Assembly: GCA_001643675.2 (NCBI GenBank)
Contig: LSRY02000047.1
Coordinates: 124,001 to 188,000, forward strand
DNA length: 64,000 nucleotides
Reading direction: 5' to 3'
From: Monocercomonoides exilis PA203
Lineage: Eukaryota; Protista; Preaxostyla
Positions 22,001-32,099 of the stretch are shown here, piece by piece; the stretch's first letter is position 1; every line of letters begins with the position of its first letter. A program made the translations under genes and the position numbers. The notes beneath the pieces are model-generated. The model was not told the DNA's origin and did no database searches. It saw nothing but the letters and a program-made list of their open reading frames with translations.

Positions 22001-23902
22001 GGCGGAAGTGTTTCAATTGAAATGGGGTTGTTCACAAATAACAATCCAAGATTCACAAAATACCCATCTGTGAGAAGAAACATTATCTGTTCAGATTCAG
22101 GATCACTGAGCATCACAAGTTTGAAAGGAGGAGATGGATGGGAAAGAAACACATCACTTTGGATGTTGAATGATGGGTGCAACTTTGGAGGAATAGTTTC
22201 TGAAAGGGAATCGCCGTTCTTCATTCCTGTGCTGGAGAGTGTGAAAAGCGAAGAGAATGGAACAAATACAAATCTCAAATTTGAAGGATCGCTTTTTCTG
22301 CCTTGCAATTTGTCATTCTCTGTCTTGTTCAAAGAAGGTGACGAGGAATTGATTGAAACATTCAACTTCGAAGAATCAGACTTTGAATCAGAAAATGCAG
22401 TTGTTGGAGTGATTGAAACAGAGCTTTTCAGAAAAGCTGGTGATGGAACAGAAGTGTCAGTGCGCATTCTTTTTGGAAATGAAGATTCGCCATCATCAAC
22501 TGATTCATTTATTGTGAAGAATGCAAGCGAAACAAATCAAAAAGATGATGAAAAGATTGTTGAAGGAGGAAAAGAAGGGAAATCGTATTTGTTGTTGATT
22601 GTAATAATCATGGCAATAATCCTTTTGATTGTTCTCGTTGGATTTATTTTGTTTGTTATTCGATGGAAGAAGGTCAAGAATGAGAACAAAGATCTGAGAG
22701 AGATTGTGAATGATAACATCAAAAAGGATCCGAAGGCATTTGAGATGGTTACAATGGAGATGTCACCAGAAGAACAGTGGAGAAGAGCAGAGAAGGAGGC
22801 AGAGAAGAAAAATGAAGAGAGGATCAAGAAGAGAGTGTTTGCGAAAAGCTTGGGACATTCAGAATCATCAGAGCATTTGTTGAGTGAATGTGGCTCAACA
22901 GAATATATTTTGGGAAAAGACTCAGATAAGATCCCTGAATGGGCATTGGAGAAGGTTGATGAGAAAGAAGAAGAGGAAGAGGCAAGAAAGAGAACGCCAT
23001 CGCCTTCCATTTCGTCAACAGACACTGAAACCACATTTGTTCGAGGGGAGGATTTGTGCCCAACCACTTCGTCGATGTCGAATCTGGTGGATGCAATGGC
23101 ATGCTCGTCTCCTCACGAGAAGCTGATTGTGGACTTGAGAGATTCTCTGTTCATGCTGCTTCATGGACGGAATAAGACAAAGGAGATGGCAATTGGCTCC
23201 TTGAAAGAAAGAGAGATGACAGCTGCACAGATCCTGTTCTGGGTGGCTAATCTCGCTCTTCACTCCTTTGATGAAATGGAAAACCCACTTCAATCGCTTT
23301 CCAACTTGAGTCCATACATTGTGCTGTTCTCAGAGCACATGGTGATTTGCATTGTGATGCATTCTGATTTATTGTCCGATGATGATTCAGATTCATCATC
23401 GATTTCCTCGTCGACTGTTGTGACATCTGCAAGCGATGATGACAGTGACTCCCTTCCCTCGTCTGCCTTTGAGGATGAGGATGGCTTCAAAAAAGAGTGC
23501 TTGAGGTGGAAGGCGCCTGAGCTGCTGATCAACAAGAAGATGGGAGCAACCAAGGAGTCGGTGGCATTCTCGATTGGGATGATGCTGTGGGAGTGTCTGA
23601 CACTGGATATTCCATTTGGGGAGTATGAAGCAGAAATAGCTGGAGATAAAATTGTGAAAGGAGAGAGACCAAGTTTGGAGGGAATTCAAAGCTCAAAGCA
23701 TTTGCAAGCAGTCATTTCGTGCACTTCAGGGAATTCTGAAGACAGACCCACATTGGCTGATCTGAAGCGTCACTTTATCCAGTGCTTCCCAGCAAATGCA
23801 GTGCTGATCACAATTTCAGATGCCATTATCGATGAAGAAGATTCTGATGATGAACAAGTGGGCAGTGACAACAACGAAAGCTGTGGGCAATCAGAGTCTT
23901 GA
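16097..23902 (+). CDS. 2601-aa receptor-like surface protein: signal peptide, Cys-rich beta-helix repeats, one TM, degenerate tyrosine-kinase-like C-lobe (pseudokinase)
   Basis: Four DxxxCGxxxxP(C/F)x(T/S) modules, GGG(I/L)Y and FxxNxAxxG motifs, TM YLLLIVIIMAIILLIVLVGFILFVI, then RWKAPE, AFSIGMMLWECLT..PF and RPT. HRD and DFG motifs are not recognisable. Confidence 0.8.
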   Translation: MLIVFFHLCLLFWVCVPNDCFNHHFETLPHCEWNIPFPNPSLHKSSQSKKGSLASQFFYKESEEEEKTCVIPSNHQKLFNVVNSSVNFNQLNLLSNFKTCSLSGDSLSLMNVSSCSFFISSSSLSPFITSSGKVAMSKIRIVLDARSQTIRQSIVHVAKFGSLTMSNSMMKNVALGKLNGTVLYSGKASNVVTDSCQFQNISIVHHSADIRHKKQSAECVDISSSFFENCIQPYYGSITAPSRISFTAKNSSFNSCQNSIIISNEPFDQRQSFNEGNISFVDCFFKCLSPGNHGGALYVSSENVICLILRCHFNECSCGTPDINCNGGSLYSIYCCNVEIFDSNCTYSNGSFCCGGITSYSDQQFFMKNCYFFNCYSIHYAAILIEFPDGSLVDSTVVSACTATYNAGACIYAAKGKGHITDSCFEGCESGRYGALTFNNIYGVNHGGTIKYCFFDGNKARNSTNGVDISLSESWVGKLSDSDVIGCCSTSSHPRAVDGTNNKDYWLPDAVTSLNGFDQLFVSWLRGADESGCGYRARPFKTIGHALIKRSTQNVVVFSGHYEESSISIYSFKMEFIGHRCDNSVVRSRDVTSGESLISVDNGDLIMEAFTLIHDSSTSASGSLLSVDGNGAAKLEGCEIQSESESPAQPFSRSLIETKGGSTTVISKCLFKNICMENIPLISMESVNNVAFSGSVFDGIVRKSGNGSLVEVTVDEGEKLSLVDFRIYNCSCLDGNGGALIVKMKDGSEVAIGNKSSNEFGSGFEQCKANKGANERGVGGGIMIDCTAGGKAFDFGNIIFTGNQAVFGKNVFVIATGVEELCSRSKFGFILDENSLDELMGFEECEIGAAIPLVLFWKPYPSVVVVSGSTGSDHLKCGFSVSPCRSLQYAEKTNFGSSARKIKIVPPFKFDCSSVLETRDCEISVERKGTVIEVVGDSSSPENGFVETRINATFSNISFSLPSSLPQSKPFLCCTSHSLNIHNCCVVPSESDVVVEYSFCCVLSGALSLDQFEIADMCFGGFPFICVCGENAEGTLETAFLRNVSSNSKDGLITAEERGSIFIQNSEFSSCALDNCSIVLVINGNFVNITNTDFHSITRQKQNGSCLCISSEDNSESVSVNVSNCEFVNCGVESESNGGGGIYVSSGDQSSLTVEQCSFTSCHAPWSQQGITKNGRGGALFLDLFGENPSFTITNPTFSNNKAEFGKNIFLKCKDLNSTATNDKFAFQYGNMVSDETLFVGSDTKFLNTDLFRFLIKFESGTVFVSEDGADVLRCGSNKDPCKSFWKGMKQIKSDSEEKKIKLKGECSICDEFGISDLTIESSTSTIDEPEMSTLMFENVLPDKNVLLNVNPKVTINHVRISTRSDFVCLNYALIACQNGSITMMSCQFHSLAPHTNPLSVAFVQIFEGFLMIQGLGVESINIERSMIEASNKVNVGVIDMKIQSVNLTDGSLVNVVSIPTGERNEEKKQIQINSSSFLSVNGKTDESRILSCIDSTSTNIFVVESNFSGCQLPETQKGGCVFIELCEGGTFNLNECIIEMCGCSTTNGRGGGLYLRTELTTKLSIHIEPLKFEANTAHVGRDMFVECSDLNTQLNETMFKMDFDPSVFVRLNALYGIDRNEFSSEPVNLLDFILIYQSDTIIVSAEQTKGGSDTKQCGTLALPCATIGYSLIHLTHKVDSRLLVDLKSVINCEIELCDVTMTSRKKTAASIEIEEITEMEKSCIVQCSGSVVLKQISFSFPTEMTTAHSSFLYSEHAALSIESCQFSGKTSIDKSHISFALVEILDSELSVFDLLIENISVAHPFLICIHSFCGNMSLDKVRVNSVQVEKNVVLVEGKENVDTDLAGESFDFLHSKFENISISNEESSVINVDKCSCRVSCSNISVVHKSVANKEGSALTMSSHQNIVLDSCLFDGTMNVGNGGDESNSGQNEVCRWNGSMVELKDSSATVKDTIISNASNGALSVSGGSVSIEMGLFTNNNPRFTKYPSVRRNIICSDSGSLSITSLKGGDGWERNTSLWMLNDGCNFGGIVSERESPFFIPVLESVKSEENGTNTNLKFEGSLFLPCNLSFSVLFKEGDEELIETFNFEESDFESENAVVGVIETELFRKAGDGTEVSVRILFGNEDSPSSTDSFIVKNASETNQKDDEKIVEGGKEGKSYLLLIVIIMAIILLIVLVGFILFVIRWKKVKNENKDLREIVNDNIKKDPKAFEMVTMEMSPEEQWRRAEKEAEKKNEERIKKRVFAKSLGHSESSEHLLSECGSTEYILGKDSDKIPEWALEKVDEKEEEEEARKRTPSPSISSTDTETTFVRGEDLCPTTSSMSNLVDAMACSSPHEKLIVDLRDSLFMLLHGRNKTKEMAIGSLKEREMTAAQILFWVANLALHSFDEMENPLQSLSNLSPYIVLFSEHMVICIVMHSDLLSDDDSDSSSISSSTVVTSASDDDSDSLPSSAFEDEDGFKKECLRWKAPELLINKKMGATKESVAFSIGMMLWECLTLDIPFGEYEAEIAGDKIVKGERPSLEGIQSSKHLQAVISCTSGNSEDRPTLADLKRHFIQCFPANAVLITISDAIIDEEDSDDEQVGSDNNESCGQSES

Positions 23903-24875
23903 AACATGCAGGTTTCCCTCTTGCACATTTAATGAATGAAACAATATTTTCAAATTGACAAAAAGACACAAGAGCGCATTTGCTTCGAAGATGAAACATG
24001 AGATTTAAAAGAACTGCCATTACTGGAAGTTGTTTTGGGTCTTTGAAATAAAAGGTTTTTCAAAAGAGAATAACAAGAATCATCGGAAATCGTATAATTA
24101 TAATTGTCAAAAGTTTAATCATCACTCAATCATTCTTATAATCTCATTGAAATTTCTGAATATGTTACACGTTTTGCAAGATCAGTGAAAAAGGAATTTG
24201 TTTGTATTTTGTACAGGAAACATCAAATGTCAACAGCCTTTGCTTGGATTTGAGTTCAAAATACAAATGCTCAAAAAGTTCAATTGTTTTAATAGCACAT
24301 ACTAAAAATGATTATCTTTATTTCTCAAGGGAGTCATGATTAAATTTGACATTTCTTGCTCATTCACTTCACATTTAATTCCATTTCAACAAAACAATAA
24401 ATATTGTTCTCAATATTTTCAAAGGTCTTAAAAAAGCACTTTTTCTATCTTTCAATAGTCCAGATTCTTGAGTGAAAATTGAATTTGTCAAAAAGAAAAA
24501 GGTTGTTGCCAAAAACATAGCAAAATGAAATAAAATAGAAAATGGACTTTAACGACAAGATAGTTTATCAATATGCAAATTTGCAAGTGCATAACATCTC
24601 AACATCCAAAGAAGGTTGACACAAAACAATATGCAGTTGTATTGTCTGCTGTTGTGTGCCAAACGCTGCTTTGGTTCTGAAACATCAGCGCACAAGCAAG
24701 CTGAAAGAAATCAGCATGCTTCAGTTCCCAGATGTGAGTAAATGATGAATGGTTTTGCAGGAGAAAATAGAAAAAATTTTCAATAAAATAAAATAAAAAT
24801 TAAAAAAAAAAAAATTCAAAACATAGAAGAGAAACGCATGAATGGAAAAATTCGAATTTGACGTACAGACATACT

Positions 24876-24877
24876 GA

Positions 24878-24933
<56 letters not shown>

Positions 24934-24935
24934 AA
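24876..24935 (+). repeat. (GAAA)15 tetranucleotide microsatellite
   Basis: Perfect tandem array read directly. Confidence 0.95.
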
Positions 24936-25266
24936 CAGAAATTTTGAAAGCCCACCCATATCCACTTTGACTCTTTTTTTATTTGTTTTTATTTTATTTT
25001 TTCATTTTTTATTTTGGCATTCTATTCGATTATTTTGAGCTGTTATTTGGTTTCTTTTTTTGTTTGTTCGTTTTTCAAATGTCGATGGAAGCCTTTTTTT
25101 CAAAGAAGATGGAAATGAAAACCTGCTTGAAGAAGAAGATGATGAGGAAGGTGAAGAAGAGGAAGAGAAAGGTGAAGAAGAAGAAGAGGAATAAGAAGAA
25201 GATGATGATGATGTTGTTGTTGTTGTTGTTGTTGTTGATATTATTTAAGTAGAATTTTGCAAACAA

Positions 25267-25891
25267 CTATGAAAAAGCTTTGAAAAAAGAAAGAAAGGAA
25301 TTACCACGAAAAAGAAGAGAAGTACAATGAAGAAGGCGACGATGACGACGAGAAAGAAAAAGAGGCAAAACTTTAAGAAGTTTTCGATGATGAAGAAGCA
25401 AACGACGATGACGAAAAAGAAAGGTGAAAGCACGAAGAAGAAATTTACGATAGCGAACAAGAATGGGAAAGGTACGAAGAAGAACATGACGATGACGAAG
25501 AAGAAAAAGAAAAGCATATAGAAGACGACGATGACGAAGAAGAAGAAGAGGAAGAGAAAAAAGAGAAGAAAAAGAGAAAAAAGAAGATGATGAAGGAGCA
25601 TGAGTTGAACTTAATGATGATGAAGATTGTAACTTGCACAAAGAAGTTGAAGAGGAGGAGGAGGAGGAGGAAGTTGATGGTGATTGTGATGATGATGAAG
25701 GAGTAAACCAATGAAACACCTTGGAAAAAAAAGAAGGTGGTGGAATGGAAGAAGAAGAAGCAGAAGTCTGTTCACATCTTTTCAAAAAAACATTCTCTTC
25801 CATAATTTTTCGATGTGACTTTATCTTTTTGACATCACGACAATTTTTGCTGGCTCCTCGCTCTTTGTGTAGCAATTGACGCATCTGCTCT

Positions 25892-25923
<32 letters not shown>

Positions 25924-27399
25924 TAGCAATTGTTGCAATTGTTGCAGTTGTTGCATGTATTTTTGTTGTTGTTGCTGCTGCTGCTGTTTCAGTTCTTGCA
26001 ATTGTTTTTGTTGTTGTTGTTGCTTTAACATTTCTTGTCTCACCATCTCGTTCATCTTCGCATTCAGCTCTTCGTTAATTTCAGTCAGCAACTTGACCTC
26101 CTTCTCGGTCTCTTCTTTTTCTTGAATCAAAAGTGCCATAGATGCGCTCATGTCTGTAGTGCTGCTCTTCGTATCCCTCATTAGATGTTCTCTGTGTTCA
26201 TCTCTTTGTGTGCTTTGTGAGTAATCTCTGTGTTTCTGACTGTCTTCCTTTGTGTCGTTGAAGCTAGTTCTGAGGCTGATATGTGTCAGTTTGTATATTT
26301 CCCATTCCGTCTCATCTTGCCTTGGAAGCTTCGATGCAACACTCTGATGAGAAAGTAGCCACATCAAGTCTAATTTGCTGTCTGGGTTGTGGCCAAGCAA
26401 AATCGATATGAGTGACACAATCCCTTTGTCAATTGTATCCCTGAAGTGATTCATTATGAATATCCTTGTGCAAGATCGTGACAATTCATCCAAATCATCC
26501 TGTGACAAAGAACGGAGCGTGCACAATTCAAAGAGCACAATTCCAAGTTGCCTGAGATCGGTAGCTGATTCTGAAAACGCTTGTGCAGCTGATGACGATG
26601 AACTCGAAGACGAAGCAGATGCTTGTCCCAATGCCGATGATGGCTTCTTGATTCGAAATAAGCCTGATTGATTAAAATCAAAAAACGTTTTCACATTCAG
26701 ATTTGTGTTGAATATTTTAAAAAAAAGGAAAAACTTTATTGCAAACCTAGTTTCACGTGTCCATCAGGTGTCAGACGAATGTTGTTCGAATGAATGTTAC
26801 CATGCTTCAAATCCACTTTGACATATTCAAAAAGTCCCAGCAAAAGTTCTGTTATGATGGTCCATAATTCCTTCAACAAATGAAAAAAATGAAAAACACA
26901 TTTTTTTTATAATATTATTTTATAAATTGCAGATTTAATCTTGTTGATAAATGTAATGTGCAAACTTCATTAGAATAATATCTCCAGTGTTTTTTTCTCT
27001 TCTCAATATCGTCTTTCAGGCATGTTCCATCACAGTATTCAAAAATAATGCACAATTCGCTGCTGTTGAAGTTAATTTCTTTCACAATGTTTTCAGTATA
27101 TGGACTTTTGATTGTTTTCGCTTTCGAAAGTTTCAAGTTAATTTGTTCATTTGCCAAACAAAATTTGTCTTCAAAATGGTAATGCTTCAAAATGTTCTTT
27201 TCTCCATTTTCTTTCATTGTGCTGAACACTCTGCACTCATCAACGTTCCCCAAAACCTTCACAGATATATCTTTCAAAGTGTAATGCACAGATATATTTA
27301 CAATTGAGTTAAATCTGTTAACATTGCAAAAACAAAAAACTGCAAACATTCATCCAATAAAAATTGCTCAAATCTCTTTTCTGCTTGAGATTTTGCCAT
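25267..27399 (-). CDS. NEK-like (pseudo)kinase with coiled-coil, poly-Gln and Ser-rich tail, at least 4 exons
   Basis: ATG at 27399; introns 27271-27347, 26871-26965 and 26664-26746 give LCIIFEYCDGTCL, HGNIHSNNIRL..GHVKLGLF and LGIVLFELCTL. The 3' end in low-complexity sequence is uncertain. Confidence 0.7.
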
Positions 27400-27505
27400 C
27401 AAAGCCACTTTAAGTCTGTAAAGAAAATTTTTAAAAAAAAATATGCAGATCAACGTGGATAAAAGCAATTATTGATGAATCAAACTTTGTTAAAGATGAA
27501 ATTAT

Positions 27506-27718
27506 GGTATAATTTGTCAAATGGGATGATATTTTTTGCTTTATAAATATTGTTCCATTCAGAATTTTGGAACAAATTTCTCATTTTTTAAATTTTTTCT
27601 AAACATTTTTGCATGAGAATGTTTGACTTGTTATGATATGAAAGGAGAAAAAGTTCGGAACAAATCGTTGTTTTTTTCACAAAAGCAAGAATTTTGTCCC
27701 AATTTTCATCAAATTACC
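27506..27718. mobile_element. Degenerate MITE-like inverted repeat
   Basis: Left arm ggtataatttg..aaatgggat..tttgcttt..ttgttcc versus reverse complement of the right arm ggtaatttg..aattgggac..cttgcttt..ttgttcc; many mismatches. Confidence 0.4.
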
Positions 27719-28073
27719 TTTATTTGAATTATTCAATAGACCTGTGCGACAAGTGGCAATTTTTGCCAGTAACTGACACAGGTGACCGACAGGACAATTT
27801 TTCATGATCATAACCAAAAAAATTTTTGAATTTTCATAATTTGGAATTTTTTCAAATCGAAATAAAAAATTTATAAAACATTTATTCTTTCTAATAATCG
27901 AAAAAATGTGGCATTATCGCGTTATATCGGACAACGAAAATTCCAGTTTTTTTGCGTCTGATATTCCTAAATATGTATTTTATTCATTTTAAAAATAGTT
28001 TTAAGGCGCGGAAAACGTTTTGTCAAAAATAAAAAATGTTTCTAAAATATTACAATTTTGGGTCAATTCCTGA

Positions 28074-28326
28074 TTAGGGTTATCGAAAAAAAGATAAAGT
28101 CGAAATAAAGCTTTTTCAAGACAAATGAAAATTTCAGTTTTTATTGAATTTATGCATTTATTAATGAAGAGTGTTCACTAGAACAGTTTACGGAATAGTT
28201 TAATAAACCTATTGTTTTTTTTTAGGTTTTCATTTCTCTATCAATTTTCGTTTCAACTGTGGTTTTAGGGTAAGAGTTTGCATTTGAATCAACTTTTTAG
28301 GGTTTTGTTTTGTTTTAGGGTTAGGG
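28074..28326 (+). repeat. Cluster of interstitial TTAGGG telomere-type hexamers
   Basis: TTAGGG at 28074, 28265, 28297, 28315 and 28321 (last two in tandem), all on the same strand. Confidence 0.7.
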
Positions 28327-28367
28327 TTAAAAATAAAAGATAATTTTTGAATAGAATCTTTCAGTGT

Positions 28368-28449
28368 GAAGCACTGATTGTATGGTTAGGATTTTTCTTG
28401 AATTATTGGATTGGTCTATGGTTCGAATCCCGCCAAGAACTTTTTTTTT
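28368..28449 (+). pseudogene. tRNA-derived pseudo-element (A-box-like, B-box, T-run)
   Basis: D-loop-like gtatggttaggat (28380-28392), perfect B-box GGTTCGAATCC (28420-28430) and T9 at 28441. Acceptor, anticodon and T stems do not pair, so it is not a functional tRNA. Confidence 0.55.
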
Positions 28450-30349
28450 ATTTTATATTTTTTTATTTTTTTTATCATAACATAAGTTTAATTATTCCAA
28501 AAAGTGATGGCTTGGGATTGTCCAATTGTGCAGATTTATCAGAACGAGAGGGTGAATAATAACTGTGTCAATTTTTACGATTTTTCGACTTTTTTCATTG
28601 ACCAACAATCATTTTTTTTTTGAAAAAAGAAAAATTAAAAACCTGATTTTGACTAACTTCCGCGCTATTTGAATCACCAAAACATGAATATATTTGATTG
28701 ATAAACATTTCTATCAACAGTAAAATCAATTTTTCGATGTCCGATATAACGCGAATTTGCCAAAAATGTCACATATTCCAACAAAATTTTAAATTTATTG
28801 TGAAAAATAGGATGAAATATTTGTCTCAATAAAAAATAAAGAAAGAAAAAAAGAAAATTATATAGAAAGTCAAAAAAAAAAAAATCCATTGTGTATTTTT
28901 TATTATCAAACAAGATTAAGAAATTGATAAAGAAATATAATTGATTTTTTGTATTTGTTTTTTGAAAAATTAATTCATCAAATTTACCAAAATATTTTTT
29001 TAACTGACAAGATCTGTGAAACATGGATTTTTTTATGCCACTGGAAGTCACTTCTGTCACTGACAGTCAGTCTTCTCAATGAAATAAACAAGCTCGAAAA
29101 GGAAACAAAATAACAAAATAAGTTGTTGAGCATCTGAAATGTGTATAATTTCATTTTACTATCTGTTGCAACCATAAATTTTCATTTGATATTTGATTAT
29201 CTTTTTTTTTAATGAAAGAGCCATATATATAAAAACAAAAAAGATTTGAAGATTGCTCTTTGATTGACCGTTTCAATTAATGATCGTTTGAAGATGGATA
29301 TATTTGTTAATATCATTATTTTATTATCTTTGTTTATTTGACTCGTTTTTCAATTTCCATAACATGATGTGACTTCATCCCTTGAATATGTGTAGTTAAT
29401 TTCATATTGAAACCATATCTTTCAAAGTTTTTGAATTATCGTTCCGAATCTTTTGCAAAATAAAGGATTAAATTGAATTTTATTTATATTTAAGTGGCAA
29501 GCAATGTCATTTCCTTTATGGAGCATTAAAACAGGTGATGAAAATAAACGTCTGTGCAATCATATAGACAAAGGAATTGATCCAATTATCTCAAATGTTA
29601 CAAGCTGACCGACTGAATAGTATTTGCTGAGCAATTATTGCTGGATATATTTCATTGAATGTGGAACATCTATGAAGTTTGTATTATTATGTCATTATTT
29701 CATTAGCCTTGGAAAGATCATGACTTCATTTCGAAATCTCTTGCAAATTGATTAAAAAACCAACTTTTCATTCAACTGTTCATTATTCTTCACTGATGTT
29801 GTATGATTTCTTGGAGCTTAGTCATTTTCATTTTATTTTGAACCATATTCGAAAAAAAGTCTTCTTTCTCTTATCTCTCCATCATAAAGTTATTAAAAAT
29901 CCAATATTTGTTTGAAAATTGTTGAAAACATCTGAATTGAGCAAAAAAACTGAACACAGCAGATTCATTGCAGTAACGTCGAATGAATTGATACAAAAAG
30001 AAATGAGAGGCAGGGTGGAGCGATGAAAGAAAGACGAAGGATTTTGAATGTGCTATTTTTTCATTAGAATGAAGCAACAAGTTTCTTGTGAAAAGTTTTT
30101 TGAAGAAGAAAAGAAAGTTGCGGAATAAGCGTTGATTCTGTTTTTTTCCTTGAAATCATATAGTCAAGTTTCATTTCGTTTTTCTTTTGAAAAAATTATT
30201 AAAAATAAAAGAACTTAATAAAATCCTCAAGTGTTTGTTTTTCTTTTTTGCGAAATGAATAAAAAATAACAAAAAGATAGAATAATGGAGATTCAATTTT
30301 CATTGATTAGAATTTGGCTTCACAATTACAAAATACTTAGAAATATCTA

Positions 30350-31570
30350 ATGATGAAATATCATAATATTTTTTGTTCGGGAAATCAAATATCCCTGTTA
30401 GAAAATGAAAAATTTTACGAACACTTCTTCTTCCAGATTTTCAAACATCTTCCTTTTTATTGCCTTTCTTTCCTCTTCATCAGCTTCACCATCTGTTTTT
30501 TCTTTTAATCTTTTTGAAGCACACAAAAAGAAACGAAAGCAATTCCATATGATTTTATCTTCCAAAGTTTATTGCTTCATTTCATCCAAATCAACATTAA
30601 TGTTTCCTAATCTTAACAGTGCAAACCCTTACACATTTCATATGTGATACAATTCTTAATGAATTGAAGCATTTGTTGCGATTTTCTTTGAAACCGTCTC
30701 TTGATGCTCGAAATAACTGAACAATTCTGCTACCAAGGCAAACAAATACTTCATTTCTTAAATTGTTTGATAATTTGTTTTCTTTCATCACAAAGAACTA
30801 TCTCTTGATAAAAAACATTTATTTCCCTTCTTTTTCTCCTCTTCTTTCTTCTATTCTCTTCCAATCAATATTTTTTATCAGACCTTTCAGCTCCTTTATT
30901 GCCTCTCTGATAAAATGCATTTCTTTCACAATTGCTCATTCCAAAGATCGATCGTTGAATATTTGATCAATCAAAAACTCCCAAGAAGATTTATATGCAA
31001 GTTGTTAAAGATTGTGATGTTCCTGGTGATATCCTAAAATCGCTTTGTTCTCATTCAAATGCAGTTCTCTTTTCATTTTATTAAAAAAAAGAAGTCGAAA
31101 ATAAAACATTATCAAAAATGAAAAAGAAATGTTCAAACATCAAATAAGCTGTAGTTGCAAAACAAAAGCAAAGCCATTTCCACTTCTTTTTGAATTTCAT
31201 TTCTTTTTCCTTCAAGGCAACTGTCAGAAGGCAAGGCACATATATTGAAAGAGGTTCGTTTGGAGCGCATTCAATACACAACTTCATATAGAGTTCGTAA
31301 AGATCAACAAATAGCTTGTAACACTTTCCATCTTTCTTCTCTTTCATCGATAGTTATCTTCTCAGATCTTTTATGTAACGAGGACTCTTCAAAGCCATTT
31401 ATCTTTGAATCTTTCAGTGAAGCTCAATATTTAATTGTTTCAAAAAACAGAGTGATATTTTCTATTGATATAATTTTCTTTGATTATTTTGTGAATTTTG
31501 ATGAATAGTTCTTCCGCAACAACGGAATAAAATTCATCTTTGCACATTTCTTCAATTTTCTTTTTTAATA
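30350..31570 (-). pseudogene. Decayed copy of an expanded lineage-specific helical hypothetical protein family
   Basis: Collinear fragments broken by stops and frameshifts: KIEEMCKDEFYSVVAEELFIKIHKII, LSIYVPCLLTVALK, YHQEHHNL*QLAYKSSWEFLI, HFIREAIKEL, IVQLFRASRD, KRLKEK..KRKMFENLEEE. These resemble a large family of Monocercomonoides hypothetical proteins as I recall it; not checked. Confidence 0.7.
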
Positions 31571-32035
31571 TAATCTTGTATCAATGTTTCAGACCAGTAA
31601 ACTTTTTCTTTAAAATTATAATTGAAAAAAAAATTCATTATTCATGAATTCGAGTGAAATAATAAATGCATACCACCGTATCTTCTTTATGCGTGAATTG
31701 TATGCATTTTTTTTTTGGAGGTTTTATTGAGAAAACAACACAATTGAATCATATTAACTGAATTTGCACAAGCTTGGATAAAATAAATTGAAGTTAAATA
31801 GAATCCTGATTTGTTCATGAAAGCATAAGTTTTCACGCAACACACAAAAGCACTAAGATGATGAACAACGCATTAAGAAGAAAAATATGTTTTGTTTATT
31901 CATTTATATTTTTATGGATCATATGATCAAATGAAGGAAACAGTTCAAAAGTTTTCAACAATGAAAAATAAAAGTCTAAAAATAAAGCTGAGGGAATTTT
32001 GTTACTAAAAATTCAAAAAAATTAATTAATTTCTT

Positions 32036-32037
<2 letters not shown>

Positions 32038-32097
<60 letters not shown>
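32038..32097 (+). repeat. Poly(T) tract of 60 nt inside the right end of the TIR element
   Basis: Read directly; the length may be affected by homopolymer sequencing error. Confidence 0.9.

Positions 32098-32099
<2 letters not shown>

Larger units (their letters stand above)
27900..28775. repeat. Degenerate foldback (long inverted repeat) centred at ~28335
   Basis: TCGCGTTATATCGGACAACGAAAA (27917-27940) versus reverse complement of 28731-28754, 23/24. TATTCAT (27981/28690) and GCGCGGAA (28006/28665) share exactly the same symmetry axis (coordinate sum 56671). Further inner matches ggtcaat and aaagtcgaaa. Confidence 0.8.

Noticed and set aside
25075-25710. Plus-strand acidic/basic low-complexity gene
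   Set aside because: No coherent long frame; it is the complement of the Ser-rich 3' region of the minus-strand kinase-like gene.
28368-28440. Functional tRNA gene
   Set aside because: Only the B-box is intact; the stems do not pair and no anticodon arm can be assigned.
32038-32097. Retroposon poly(A) tail
   Set aside because: The tract lies inside the TIR and is mirrored by an A-tract in the second end, so it looks intrinsic to the DNA element; its orientation and position do not fit the pseudogene's 3' end.
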